Shown here: positions 1-8,556 of the stretch, one piece after another
Layout of the letters: every line of letters begins with the position of its first letter
How positions within the stretch are numbered: position 1 is the stretch's first letter
Source: Nitratidesulfovibrio vulgaris str. Hildenborough
GTDB taxonomy: Bacteria > Desulfobacterota > Desulfovibrionia > Desulfovibrionales > Desulfovibrionaceae
Direction: 5' to 3'
Length of the DNA: 32,000 bases
Assembly: GCF_000195755.1 (NCBI RefSeq)
Contig: NC_002937.3
Location: forward strand, 2,880,001-2,912,000
Notes under the pieces: generated by a model
Told to the model about the DNA's origin: nothing
Database searches by the model: none
Seen by the model: the letters and a program-made list of their open reading frames with translations, nothing else
Translations under genes and position numbers: made by a program

Positions 1-470
1 GCACAGACGACGACACCTGAAAACCACGGCAAGGCAGAGCACACGACCTCGTCCACGCCGAGTCGTTCCAGTGCCCAGAAGGCCCCCACCACGTCGACCA
101 GCGTGTCGATGGCACCCACTTCATGAAAATGGACGTCCTCGGGCCGGACACCGTGCACCGCCGCCTCGACCTCGGCAAGGCGCGTGAAAGCACGCCATGC
201 GCGTTGGCGCACGGTCCCGGTGCAGGCAAGCCCATCAAGCACTGCCGCCATGTCCGGCAGCGTCCTTAGCGGCTGAGGGTCATCCCACTCCACCGAGAGC
301 GTGTGACCGGTCAGCCCGTGCCGCGTCACCGGAATCGCACGTATGCGACAGTCGACGCCCGCAGCGACGAAGAGTGCCTGCAACGGCTGCATGTCGACGC
401 CCAATCCGGCGAACGCGGCAAGCACCATGTCTCCGGCGATACCTGCCCTGCAATCCATGAATAGCCGCAT
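1..470 (-). CDS. larC: LarC-type nickel-insertion protein (DUF111/UPF0272), N-terminal part; the gene continues past the window start
   Basis: Own minus-strand translation from ATG (468-470). It is open to the window edge, so it is absent from the ORF track: MRLFMDCRAGIAGDMVLAAFAGLGVDMQPLQALF...VHFHEVGAIDTLVDVVGAFWALERLGVDEVV. The GIAGDM and FHEVGAxDxxxDxxG blocks are characteristic of the DUF111/LarC family. Confidence 0.7.
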   Translation of the reverse strand, partial: MRLFMDCRAGIAGDMVLAAFAGLGVDMQPLQALFVAAGVDCRIRAIPVTRHGLTGHTLSVEWDDPQPLRTLPDMAAVLDGLACTGTVRQRAWRAFTRLAEVEAAVHGVRPEDVHFHEVGAIDTLVDVVGAFWALERLGVDEVVCSALPWFSGVVVC

Positions 471-708
471 CCCTGCTCCTTTTGCTGCCCTGTCCGCACA
501 CGACGGCCGAGGCTCGTCATGCCAGCCATGGCTGGCGACACGCCCGACTATATACCCGCGGCCACGCCATCCACCGTGTCGCAGAAGCCATCCGATACGG
601 TCACAGTCGCCGAAGACGGGATGGGGTCCAAGCACACGTGGGGTGTGCCCGCATCGCCGCCCGCATCGCCGCCAACGCCATGGACCATTGCCTGTCAGTG
701 CGTTGCGG

Positions 709-1575
709 CTAGTAGACCTTGCGCCGCGAGAACCCCGACCCGAGGACATTGAAGGTGTTCTCGATGATCATGAAGGCGTTGGGGTCGGCGTTGAACACCA
801 GTTCTTCCAGCCGCTTGAGCTGTATGTTGGGCACCACGATGAGTGCGACCCTCTTGCTGCGCCCCGTGAACGCCCCCTGCCCTTCAAGAAGGGTCACCCC
901 CCGGTGCAGGTGTTCAAGCACGTCATGTGCGATGCAGTCGACACAATCGGAGATGATGAACACGAGTTTGCGCTGGTTGAAGAGCGAGTGCACATAGTCC
1001 ATGACCGTCGAATAGGTGTACACCATGATGACGGAATACAGGACGACATCGGTCTCCATGGTGGCAAGGCCTATCATGAACAGCAGGAAGTTGTAGGCGA
1101 AGCTGAACTGTCCGACCCTGATGTTCCAGCGCTGGTGCAGGACGATGGATATGATCGTGAGCCCGCCCTCACTCCCCAGTGACCGCAGTACGATGCCAAG
1201 TCCGGCACCGCACACCGTGCCCGCCGCCACCGCGGCGAGCAAAGGGTCGTGGATGCTCGACTGGAAGGTGATGAACTGCGCCGCCAGTGTGGTCACCGCT
1301 GTTCCGTAGAGGCTGTAGAAAAAGAAGCGACGGCTGACGCACAACCAGCCGACCACGAATATGGGCAGGTTCAGCAGCACATACCAGACGGCAGGCGTGA
1401 AGAGCCCCGTGGCGTAGTAGATATAGAGACCGGTACCGAACACACCTCCGGAGATGAACGCATGGGGCATGGCGATGGACTTGAGTCCCAGCGAGAAGAG
1501 CACCCCGCCCACCGTTAGCAGGAACAGGTTCCACGGCACTGTCATGGTCACGTCGCGCATCCGTCGCGCAAGCAT
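709..1575 (-). CDS. YitT-family integral membrane protein (DUF161 TM region plus C-terminal DUF2179-like domain)
   Basis: 288-aa ORF. It has several hydrophobic helices (WNLFLLTVGGVLFSLGL, VWYVLLNLPIFVVGWLCV, ...) followed by a soluble tail ending ...QLKRLEELVF...IENTFNVLGSGFSRRKVY. GGAGGG lies just upstream of ATG 1575. A collinear paralog sits at 6490-7365. Confidence 0.85.
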   Translation of the reverse strand: MLARRMRDVTMTVPWNLFLLTVGGVLFSLGLKSIAMPHAFISGGVFGTGLYIYYATGLFTPAVWYVLLNLPIFVVGWLCVSRRFFFYSLYGTAVTTLAAQFITFQSSIHDPLLAAVAAGTVCGAGLGIVLRSLGSEGGLTIISIVLHQRWNIRVGQFSFAYNFLLFMIGLATMETDVVLYSVIMVYTYSTVMDYVHSLFNQRKLVFIISDCVDCIAHDVLEHLHRGVTLLEGQGAFTGRSKRVALIVVPNIQLKRLEELVFNADPNAFMIIENTFNVLGSGFSRRKVY

Positions 1576-1701
1576 ATTCCCTCCCTCGCACGGGGAGCCC
1601 GCATCGGGGCTGTTGTGCGATTCTCTGAATCAGGTATAGAATGGTTCCAGCAGGATAACCGTAACCGTCCCGTGCGCCAAGACCGCCGCAAGGAGGCCAC
1701 C

Positions 1702-2385
1702 ATGCTCATTCGCGAGTGGATGACCCGCAACGTCATCACCGTCACACCCGACACGTCCATGATGAAGGCGTCGAAGTTGATGAAGGAGAACGGCTTCCGC
1801 CGTCTGCCCGTTCTTGACGGCAACGGAAAGCTGATCGGCATCGTCTCCGACCGCGACATCAAGGAGGCTTCGCCCTCCAAGGCGACCACGCTCGACATGC
1901 ACGAGCTGTACTATCTGCTGTCCGAGATCAAGGTCAAAGACATCATGACCCGTGATCCCATTTGCGTCCAACCGGATGAAACCGTCGAGCGCGTGGCATT
2001 GCTGATGATCGAAAAGCACATCGGCGGTATGCCCGTCGTCGATGAGGAAGGTCAACTCGTCGGCATCATCACCGACAGTGACATCTTCAAGGTGCTCATC
2101 GCCATCACCGGCGTCCGTAGCGGCGGCGTGCAGTTCGCCTTCGAACTGGAGAACAAGCCCGGAACGCTGAAGCCCATCATCGACACCCTGCGCGAACTCA
2201 ACGCCAGCATCGACGCCATCCTCACGTCCGACCAGACCGGTTCGGACGACACCCGGCGGGTGTTCATCCGCATCGTGCCCATGGACCGCGCCGAAGAGAA
2301 CCGTGTCATCGAAGCCATCAAGGAAAAGTTCCCGCTGCTGTACTGGGCACGCGCGCGTGTCCACGAGATGGAGCGCCCCGCCTAG
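1702..2385 (+). CDS. CBS-pair domain protein with ACT-like C-terminal domain (AcuB-like)
   Basis: The track ORF 1615-2385 is trimmed to ATG 1702, which is preceded by AGGAGG (1691-1696). There are two CBS repeats (MTRNVITVTPDTSMMKASKLMKENGFRRLPVLD..GIVSDRDI and IMTRDPICVQPDETVERVALLMIEKHIGGMPVVD..GIITDSDIF). A ~80-aa regulatory-type C-terminus follows. Confidence 0.85.
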   Translation: MLIREWMTRNVITVTPDTSMMKASKLMKENGFRRLPVLDGNGKLIGIVSDRDIKEASPSKATTLDMHELYYLLSEIKVKDIMTRDPICVQPDETVERVALLMIEKHIGGMPVVDEEGQLVGIITDSDIFKVLIAITGVRSGGVQFAFELENKPGTLKPIIDTLRELNASIDAILTSDQTGSDDTRRVFIRIVPMDRAEENRVIEAIKEKFPLLYWARARVHEMERPA

Positions 2386-2543
2386 CCAGTGCACCCCCCC
2401 GCTCCGCTTCTATCGGCGCGGGTTTCGAAGGTAGAGGCGCGCGAGTCTTGAGTGTGCATGGCCCCCGAAGCGGATGCCATCCGCAGTGAGGCTGTCCCTT
2501 TTCAGGTATCGGCGTCCGCAACGTGAAAGACATCTATGACAAG

Positions 2544-2573
2544 AAGCCCCGGTGGAGCGTTCCACCGGGGCTT
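2544..2573 (+). terminator. Strong stem-loop (13-bp stem, GCGT loop); possible terminator of the CBS gene
   Basis: aagccccggtgga-gcgt-tccaccggggctt is a perfect inverted repeat about 160 nt after the CBS stop codon. No real T-tract follows on either strand, so its terminator function is uncertain. Confidence 0.3.
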
Positions 2574-3461
2574 TGCCGTGCAAGAGAGGCCGTGTCATGT
2601 GCCGTGCGGGGCATGTGGCCCAAGACCGAAGCCCCCCGCTATCGCGTTGCCATGTCCATGCCGTCTACTCCTGCGGTTCCAGCCTGTGTACCCGACATGC
2701 AGAGACGACGGCGCAAGACCCGTCGAGGAACGCAGATGGCTGTTCGCCGATTCGCTAAGAGACGCCCGCCGCCAACGGCTACGACACAGGCTGCGCGACG
2801 CAAACGGATGAGCCCGTGAAGCCACGAGGCATCAACGCGCACCGTTTGTGATTAACATCACAATCGGTGCCAAAACAAGGGTAATCAGTGACGTGAGCAC
2901 CTCTCCGAAGCCAGCAAGGAGCTCCACTTCCGCAACGATGCACTGGCAGCCGACGAACGGCACCACACAAGCAGCGCCTCGTTCGATTGTGAAATAATGC
3001 ACTAATGTTGACAAAAAGTCGGTCCTCCGGCTATGTTTCACTTGCCGTGGCGGAGAATCCGCCCTCCTCCCCGCTGCCATTGCGGGCGGGTTCTGTCGGT
3101 CCACCACTGCACGCCAGCCCCCTGCGCTGCCCTGCCGGGCAGCGCAGGTTAACGGCTGTTCACCTAAACACCCCTATCCCATTGGAATAGCTTTCAAAAA
3201 AAGCCATTCCCCATCCTTGAATTTTTCATGACATTGTGGCATGTTACCTTCCGTTGCGTGACGAAGGGCCATCGAAAGGCGGGGCGTACCCCTGCATTGA
3301 CATTACCCCTTACGCACCGTAAGCAAGCTGTACAGAACCTGCACGGTTCCCGACCATGGCGACATGCAGCGGATAGCTGCTGACCATCAGCTGGAACATT
3401 GTTTCCGGCCTAATGACTGGTGCATTCACACACCGCCTAGACACTGTCCAAGGAGAAAACC

Positions 3462-3779
3462 ATGGCTGAAGTCACTTACAAGGGCAAGAGCTTCGAAGTC
3501 GACGAAGACGGCTTCCTCCTCCGCTTTGACGACTGGTGCCCCGAGTGGGTGGAATACGTGAAGGAATCCGAAGGGATCTCCGACATCTCCCCCGACCACC
3601 AGAAGATCATCGACTTCCTGCAGGACTACTACAAGAAGAACGGTATCGCTCCGATGGTTCGCATCCTCTCGAAGAACACCGGCTTCAAGCTGAAGGAAGT
3701 CTACGAACTCTTCCCCTCCGGCCCCGGCAAGGGCGCCTGCAAGATGGCCGGCCTGCCCAAGCCCACCGGCTGCGTCTAG
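3462..3779 (+). CDS. dsrC: DsrC, dissimilatory sulfite reductase-associated sulfur carrier (TusE/DsrC family)
   Basis: 105 aa: MAEVTYKGKSFEVDEDGFLLRFDDWCPEWVEYV...GPGKGACKMAGLPKPTGCV. It has the two conserved C-terminal-arm cysteines (Cys93 and penultimate Cys104). AAGGAGA RBS lies just upstream of the ATG. An intrinsic terminator follows immediately. Confidence 0.97.
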   Translation: MAEVTYKGKSFEVDEDGFLLRFDDWCPEWVEYVKESEGISDISPDHQKIIDFLQDYYKKNGIAPMVRILSKNTGFKLKEVYELFPSGPGKGACKMAGLPKPTGCV

Positions 3780-3799
3780 TCGTTACGACAAGACACTTC

Positions 3800-3832
3800 G
3801 AGGCGGAAGCGCAAGCTTCCGCCTCTTTTTTT
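3800..3832 (+). terminator. Rho-independent terminator of dsrC
   Basis: gaggcggaagc-gcaa-gcttccgcctc forms an 11-bp perfect stem with a tetraloop. It is followed by TTTTTTT and lies 21 nt after the dsrC stop. Confidence 0.88.
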
Positions 3833-4242
3833 GGCATGCAATCAGACGCGACGCATTCGCGCCTGTCAGGCACGGTTGTGCCCGGCATGAAACGCCCCCC
3901 CAAGCCCGCTTTCCCTTCGACCGCACACGTGTCATCAGCAGAACAAATCGCCCCGCACCGCGTGGAGCGGTGGCATCAGCTGCACCTCCCCGCATCATCC
4001 ATGGCGTCCGAGTCCCATTGTGCTGCGCCTTTCCCGACGGCACCATCGCATCGTCCATGCACAGTGCAGGGCAGCCACCCTCTGCCTTTCAGCGTATTCG
4101 ACTGGAAGGCGTTCGAGTCACGCGCTGTGCATTGGGCCTTCCCGCCGGAATGAACGCTCATTTCCATCGAAAAGTCAGCACGTTCCGCCACGGCATGACC
4201 GGTCACGCGGACATCAGGTGCAAACCGCCATATGAACGACAA

Positions 4243-4268
4243 GGGCGACAGGATACCCCCTGCCGCCC
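4243..4268 (-). terminator. Stem-loop downstream of the 90-aa minus-strand gene (possible terminator)
   Basis: gggcgacagg-ataccc-cctgccgccc pairs at 9 of 10 positions. On the minus strand it is followed by ttgtcgttcat and starts about 40 nt after the stop at 4308. Confidence 0.35.
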
Positions 4269-4307
4269 GGTCATCGCGTCATGCGGTTTCCGATTCGTCG
4301 ACACCGC

Positions 4308-4580
4308 CTAGTGCACGGTGCCCTGCTCATCTTCATGAAGCATCCTGTCGAGGGTCTCGTCGCGGTGCATCAGCGTCGAAGCCATGACCATGCTGAAGCT
4401 TCTATGAGCCTTGTTCCAGGCCCGGAAGATTTCGTGCATGGCGGAAAGCATGGAAGTCATGGTCTGCTGGGGCACTATGAAATCGCCCTCCGGGTTGCGT
4501 TCCAGCCCATCCAAGGCAACATCCATGTGGGCCAGTTCTTCACGCACCTGTTCGAGCAGGTCTTCTATCGAAGTATTCAC
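4308..4580 (-). CDS. Small hypothetical protein (90 aa, helical, acidic)
   Basis: GTG start is preceded by caGGAGAcggat. The codon pattern looks coding, and no competing ORF is present. I recognise no family. Confidence 0.5.
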   Translation of the reverse strand: MNTSIEDLLEQVREELAHMDVALDGLERNPEGDFIVPQQTMTSMLSAMHEIFRAWNKAHRSFSMVMASTLMHRDETLDRMLHEDEQGTVH

Positions 4581-4879
4581 ATCCGTCTCCTGAATATCTG
4601 GGCGAGGTAGCCTTGCGGCCGCACCTGATTACCAGCGGGTTCTCAAGAGGTCTGTTATAATCTCCCCACCATGTCAATAAACGATAATGCATTGAAACTA
4701 TACACCTAGTTTGCGAAGCATCCGCGGTTGGCGTTTCATTGCAGACACTTTCCGCACTCTCGAAGACCCGAGAAAAGACGAAAAAACAGCCTGCGGCCCC
4801 CGGTATCGGCCCCACCGCATGGCGCCCCGACGACACACTCGACAGCGCCCACACACACCGCGTCTCCCGTGGACACACA

Positions 4880-4917
4880 GAAGGGCGGCAACCGGACTCT
4901 TTCCGCTGCCGCCCTTC
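4880..4917 (-). terminator. Stem-loop downstream of the binding-protein gene (probable terminator)
   Basis: gaagggcggca-N16-tgccgcccttc has 11-bp perfect arms, and the loop can pair further (cgga/tccg). It starts about 45 nt after the stop at 4963. On the minus strand it is followed by tgtgtgtcc. Confidence 0.45.
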
Positions 4918-4962
4918 GATGGTCAGGAATCATGCAAGTATCAGCCAAAGATCATTGGCACT

Positions 4963-6348
4963 TCAGCGACCGGCCACGTTCTCCTGCCACCCCTTCTCCA
5001 GTGCCTCAAGCCACGAAGCAGGAATTTCCGGCAACGCCGCCCCGGCGAGAATCTCCGGCGAAAGCGTTGCCTTGCCAAGGTCGACGGCGGCAAGGCGCGC
5101 CCTCTGGTCTTCTGTCAGACGGCGGACATCCAGCACCGGGAAATCGCCCCAGTTGGCAGGGTCCAGTTTGGCGGTCTGCGCCTCGGGCGACAGCAGGAAA
5201 TTCGCCACGACCATGGCACCCGCCCTGTTGGGGGCATTGAAGGGGATGGCCACGAAATGGGTATTGCGGATGCTGCCCTCGCGCAGCACGAGGGTTCGCA
5301 CCGTGGGCGGATACGTGCCCTCGCCGATGTTGGCCTGGGCGTGCACCGGATGGTACGAGATGGAGAAGTCGACCTCGCCCCGAGCAAAAAGCGAATCCTG
5401 CATGGCGGCATCGCGGGGGTAGGCGCGTCCCTCCTGCCACAGATACGGCTTGAGGCCGTTCAGAAAGGCCCACAACTGCGGGGTCTTGGTATCGAAGAGG
5501 GCCTTGTCGAAAGCCCCCATGTACTGCTCGTGGCCGCCCGTCGCGGCATAGAGAAGCTGCCGCACAAAGGCCGAGCCCGTGAAGTCGGGCGGCTGAGGAT
5601 AGGTGAACCGTCCGGGGTGCGCCTTGATCCATGCCGCCAGTTCCTCGACGGAACGCGGGGGTTCTGGAGTGCGGGCCGTGTCATACTCAAGCACCAGCTG
5701 GGCACTGCCCCATGGCGACTCGTACCCCTCGACAGGATAGCCGAAGTCCATGTCACGGTGCCCTGCCTCGACAAGAGCCGACGAAGGGAGCGCGCCACTG
5801 AAGGGCCCCCACAGGAGTCCCGCCTCACGGGCGTTGCGGAAGTTCTCACCGTTGATCCACAGAAGGTCCATCGTCCCCGTGTCACGCCCGGCCTGTTTTT
5901 CAGCCAGCAACCGGTTGACGAATACGGCGGCGTCCATGGGGACGCGCTCAAGGCGGATGCCATGCCGCTCCTGAAGACGGGGCGCCACCCACGCATCCAT
6001 CCAGCGGTTCACATGCGCGAAGCCGCCGTACATGAACATGCGCACGGTGGTCCCGCGTGCACTCTTCTCAATGTCGGTCCACGTGGTGTTCTCGAAACCG
6101 GGGGGTGCCACACGGGTGAACGCCCCGCTGCCGACATCGCCCACCATCGCCCCCGTGGACCCATTGGCCACTGGCCCCGTGGGCGTGGTGGCATTCACGC
6201 CGGTCGCACCAGTGTTCGGCACAGCATCGCCACTGTCGCCACAGGCGGCAACAAGCAGCGCGCTTGCCATGCACAGCAGCAACAGCCAGCGACGTACAGC
6301 ATGACCGCCGCGCTGGCACCCGCCGAAGACATCCCACGGTTCTCTCAT
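4963..6348 (-). CDS. Periplasmic ABC-type substrate-binding lipoprotein (YnjB-like; family assignment tentative)
   Basis: 461 aa. The N-terminus HAVRRWLLLLCMASALLVAAC-GDSGD is a signal peptide with a lipobox (VAAC). The mature part has a binding-protein-like composition with blocks such as LLWINGENFRNAREAGLLWGPF. The exact start is uncertain. Confidence 0.65.
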   Translation of the reverse strand: MREPWDVFGGCQRGGHAVRRWLLLLCMASALLVAACGDSGDAVPNTGATGVNATTPTGPVANGSTGAMVGDVGSGAFTRVAPPGFENTTWTDIEKSARGTTVRMFMYGGFAHVNRWMDAWVAPRLQERHGIRLERVPMDAAVFVNRLLAEKQAGRDTGTMDLLWINGENFRNAREAGLLWGPFSGALPSSALVEAGHRDMDFGYPVEGYESPWGSAQLVLEYDTARTPEPPRSVEELAAWIKAHPGRFTYPQPPDFTGSAFVRQLLYAATGGHEQYMGAFDKALFDTKTPQLWAFLNGLKPYLWQEGRAYPRDAAMQDSLFARGEVDFSISYHPVHAQANIGEGTYPPTVRTLVLREGSIRNTHFVAIPFNAPNRAGAMVVANFLLSPEAQTAKLDPANWGDFPVLDVRRLTEDQRARLAAVDLGKATLSPEILAGAALPEIPASWLEALEKGWQENVAGR

Positions 6349-6489
6349 GCCCTTCTCCGTTCGCGTTCAGATGTGTAGGTCCGCATGATGCCATCGTGCC
6401 CGCACGACCGCCGACGGATGCAGGCTGATGCTCCTCCGTCGGCAGACCGCCCTGTCTGGAACGTCAGCCCGTTTTCATCAGGGAGCGGC

Positions 6490-7365
6490 TCAATATACCT
6501 TGCGACGTGCGAAGTTGGCCCCGAGCACCGTAAAGGTATTCTCGACGATGAACAACGCATGGGCATCAAGGGTGAAGACCAGTTCCTCAAGTCTCTTGAG
6601 CTGAACGTTGTTCGTCACGGTCATGACGATCTCACGGTTGTCGCCCGAATACCCGCCGCGCCCCTGCAGGACAGTCGCCCCCTGCTTGAGCGCAGAGGTG
6701 ATTTCGGAAGAGATTGCCCGACTGCGGTCGGAGATGATGAACACGACCTTGCGCTGGTTGAAGAGCGAAAGCACATGTTCCAGCGTAACAGAGGCGATGA
6801 ACACCTGAATGAGCGAGGCGATGACAAGGTCTATCTGCATGGTGGCAAGGCTTGCCGTGAACAGCACGCAGTTGAACACGAAACCGAAGCGGCCGATACC
6901 GATGTTCCATTTGCGGTTGAGCAGCACCGCCACGACATCGAGCCCCCCGCCGGAACCGAGCGAACGCAGCATCATGCCGCCCCCTGCCCCGCAGACGACA
7001 CCGCACGCCACTGCGGCATAGAACTGGTCGGTGATGCCGAAGTCGAAACGCAGCACCTCACCGAAAAGCGTGGTGGCAAGCATCCCGAAGAGGCTATAGA
7101 GGAAGAAGCGCCTCCCCACGCAGAACCAGCCAAGCACGAACAACGGCACGTTCAGCAGCAGGTACCATGCAGCGGGGCTGAACCCGCCCGTGCCGTACCA
7201 CAGAAGCAATGCCGTACCGTAGACCCCGCCTGTCAGAAAACCGTGATGGACGGCGATGCCCTGCGCGCCGGCGGCGAAGAGGGCCGAACCTGCCGTGAGC
7301 AGAAAGAGGTTCCACCATACCGAATAGGCGAGTTCCTGCCGCGAGGGTAATCTCAAAGACATCAT
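6490..7365 (-). CDS. YitT-family integral membrane protein, second paralog
   Basis: The track ORF 6490-7554 is trimmed to the ATGATG at 7365, giving MMSLRLPSRQELAYSVWWNLFLLTAGSALF.... This matches the N-terminus of the paralog at 709-1575. Shared blocks are WNLFLLT, LRSLGS.GGL, LFNQRK.VFIISD, QLKRLEELVF and ENTF.VLG..F.RRKVY. Confidence 0.85.
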   Translation of the reverse strand: MMSLRLPSRQELAYSVWWNLFLLTAGSALFAAGAQGIAVHHGFLTGGVYGTALLLWYGTGGFSPAAWYLLLNVPLFVLGWFCVGRRFFLYSLFGMLATTLFGEVLRFDFGITDQFYAAVACGVVCGAGGGMMLRSLGSGGGLDVVAVLLNRKWNIGIGRFGFVFNCVLFTASLATMQIDLVIASLIQVFIASVTLEHVLSLFNQRKVVFIISDRSRAISSEITSALKQGATVLQGRGGYSGDNREIVMTVTNNVQLKRLEELVFTLDAHALFIVENTFTVLGANFARRKVY

Positions 7366-7664
7366 GGCACCTGTGCGACCGAAGGCCGCAACGCGGGCCG
7401 TAAGCGGCCCGGAAAGAGGTAACGGGATACGTGGGGGCCGTCTCGTCAGCCCCTCGAAGCGCAAGCCCCTGCCTGTAGCAGGCGCTCTTGTCAAGCCGTA
7501 CTGCAATCGGGCGGACCGCATGGTCGCGCCGAAGCAGGCCGCACCGGCAGCCAAGGGACGGTCAGGCTGTCACCCATGGTACCGGCATACCTGACGCCTG
7601 CTGCAACCGGTCGGACCACCTGCCGGGGCGTACCTAGAAGAATGCCGTCGCGGGGCACCAAGAA

Positions 7665-7732
7665 CACGTCAGGCAACGGCGATTTAACGCCAGCCCCCCG
7701 GACAGCACGTCAGGCAACGGCGATTTAACGCC
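7665..7732. repeat. Two perfect 27-bp direct repeats separated by 14 bp
   Basis: cacgtcaggcaacggcgatttaacgcc occurs at 7665-7691 and again at 7706-7732. The site is intergenic, between the stop of the 7759-8280 gene and the start of the YitT paralog. Related GTCAGG words occur nearby at about 7560 and, inverted, at about 7590. Confidence 0.9.
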
Positions 7733-7758
7733 GTGGCACCGCCCCGGTCGAGATGGGT

Positions 7759-8280
7759 TCAGGGGCGGGTGCAATCAGGCCATGTGAACCTTGGCAAGGC
7801 GTCCTGAAGCGTCCTGCACAGGCGTAACCCCGACTCGACAAGCAGCTGGGCATCGTCCTGCATCTTGTACACATAGCCTGTAGCCTGCAATCGGTTGTCA
7901 CCCCTCCGGCATATCTCCTCCGCGCCATCAAGGGTATGTTCCACCTTGCGGACACTGCGCAGGGCATGGTCGAACGCCTCGTGCACGGAGGGTTCCTGTG
8001 CACGTTCGACGACCCCGAGTAGCCGCTTCATGGAAACGCCCCCCTTGTCGCGGATATCTGCAAGATGCGCCTTGTCAGTCCGGATGCGTGCACACAGACC
8101 CGTGTCCGCATCGTAGGCCACGGCAAGGTCGTTGCCGGCTTCGATGAGGCTTCTGATGACTGCGGCGTCCGGCCCTTCGACCGTGCGCGCCGCCACGGCA
8201 GACGCTGGGGCCGACAGGCAGGCGATGACAACGCACGGCAGCAGCGATGCGAAGATACGGGAACGCAACGGATTCGGCAT
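7759..8280 (-). CDS. Secreted hypothetical protein (signal peptide, 173 aa)
   Basis: The track ORF is trimmed to ATG 8280, which is preceded by tGGAGGAGtc. The N-terminus MPNPLRSRIFASLLPCVVIACLSAPASA-VAAR looks like a Sec signal peptide. I recognise no family. Confidence 0.55.
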   Translation of the reverse strand: MPNPLRSRIFASLLPCVVIACLSAPASAVAARTVEGPDAAVIRSLIEAGNDLAVAYDADTGLCARIRTDKAHLADIRDKGGVSMKRLLGVVERAQEPSVHEAFDHALRSVRKVEHTLDGAEEICRRGDNRLQATGYVYKMQDDAQLLVESGLRLCRTLQDALPRFTWPDCTRP

Positions 8281-8489
8281 GACTCCTCCACAGGATGCGG
8301 GAACGCAACGTGGTACGTCGATCATGCGCCGCCCCCCGACAGCAACGAACAACCATCGGGACTACAGGGGCGCATGGCACGAACGATATCATGGTCGCGC
8401 TCGTGCGTCATATATTCAAGTCAACAGCATCACCCATCATGATGAAGAAGGCAAGGCGCGCGGATTCCGGGCACGGAACCACAATGCAG

Positions 8490-8520
8490 CGACCCCCGGC
8501 ACGGACGATGCCGGGGGTCG
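8490..8520 (-). terminator. Stem-loop after the TauE/SafE gene (probable operon terminator)
   Basis: cgacccccggca-cggacga-tgccgggggtcg has a 12-bp perfect stem and starts about 37 nt after the stop at 8557. On the minus strand it is followed by ctgcattgtggtt. Confidence 0.55.
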
Positions 8521-8556
8521 TGGCGTGAGAGACCTTCGGGAGAGAGAGTATCGGGC

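Noticed and set aside
343-1182. 279-aa plus-strand ORF, and similar plus-strand ORFs 6385-7350 and 9442-10530
   Set aside because: They are antisense to the YitT paralogs and the FMN dehydrogenase respectively. They have His/Asp/Gly/Arg-rich shadow composition.
3536-4153. 205-aa plus-strand ORF overlapping dsrC out of frame and reading through its terminator
   Set aside because: It runs across a strong intrinsic terminator. Its Arg/Pro-rich translation has no motifs. dsrC in the other frame is unambiguous.
4711-6378. 555-aa plus-strand ORF, the longest in this part of the track
   Set aside because: It is antisense to the binding-lipoprotein gene. Its Arg/Pro/Gly-rich, low-complexity translation has no motifs. 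This is a typical shadow ORF of high-GC DNA, and the minus-strand product has a lipoprotein signal and sensible composition.
6490-7554. N-terminally extended ORF-track models (6490-7554, 9364-10539, 10512-11288, 12437-13279, 16617-17522, 19447-20754, 27241-28497, 29970-31226, 31168-31656)
   Set aside because: The extensions are Arg/Pro/Ala-rich and often overlap the upstream gene in another frame. Internal ATGs with good RBSs give N-termini that match the family (signal peptides, NPAPLGL, Tat motifs). Starts were trimmed accordingly.
7665-7732. Direct repeats considered as a mini-CRISPR array
   Set aside because: There are only two repeat copies with a 14-bp spacer, which is far too short. 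There are no cas genes and no leader. It is reported as a simple tandem repeat instead.
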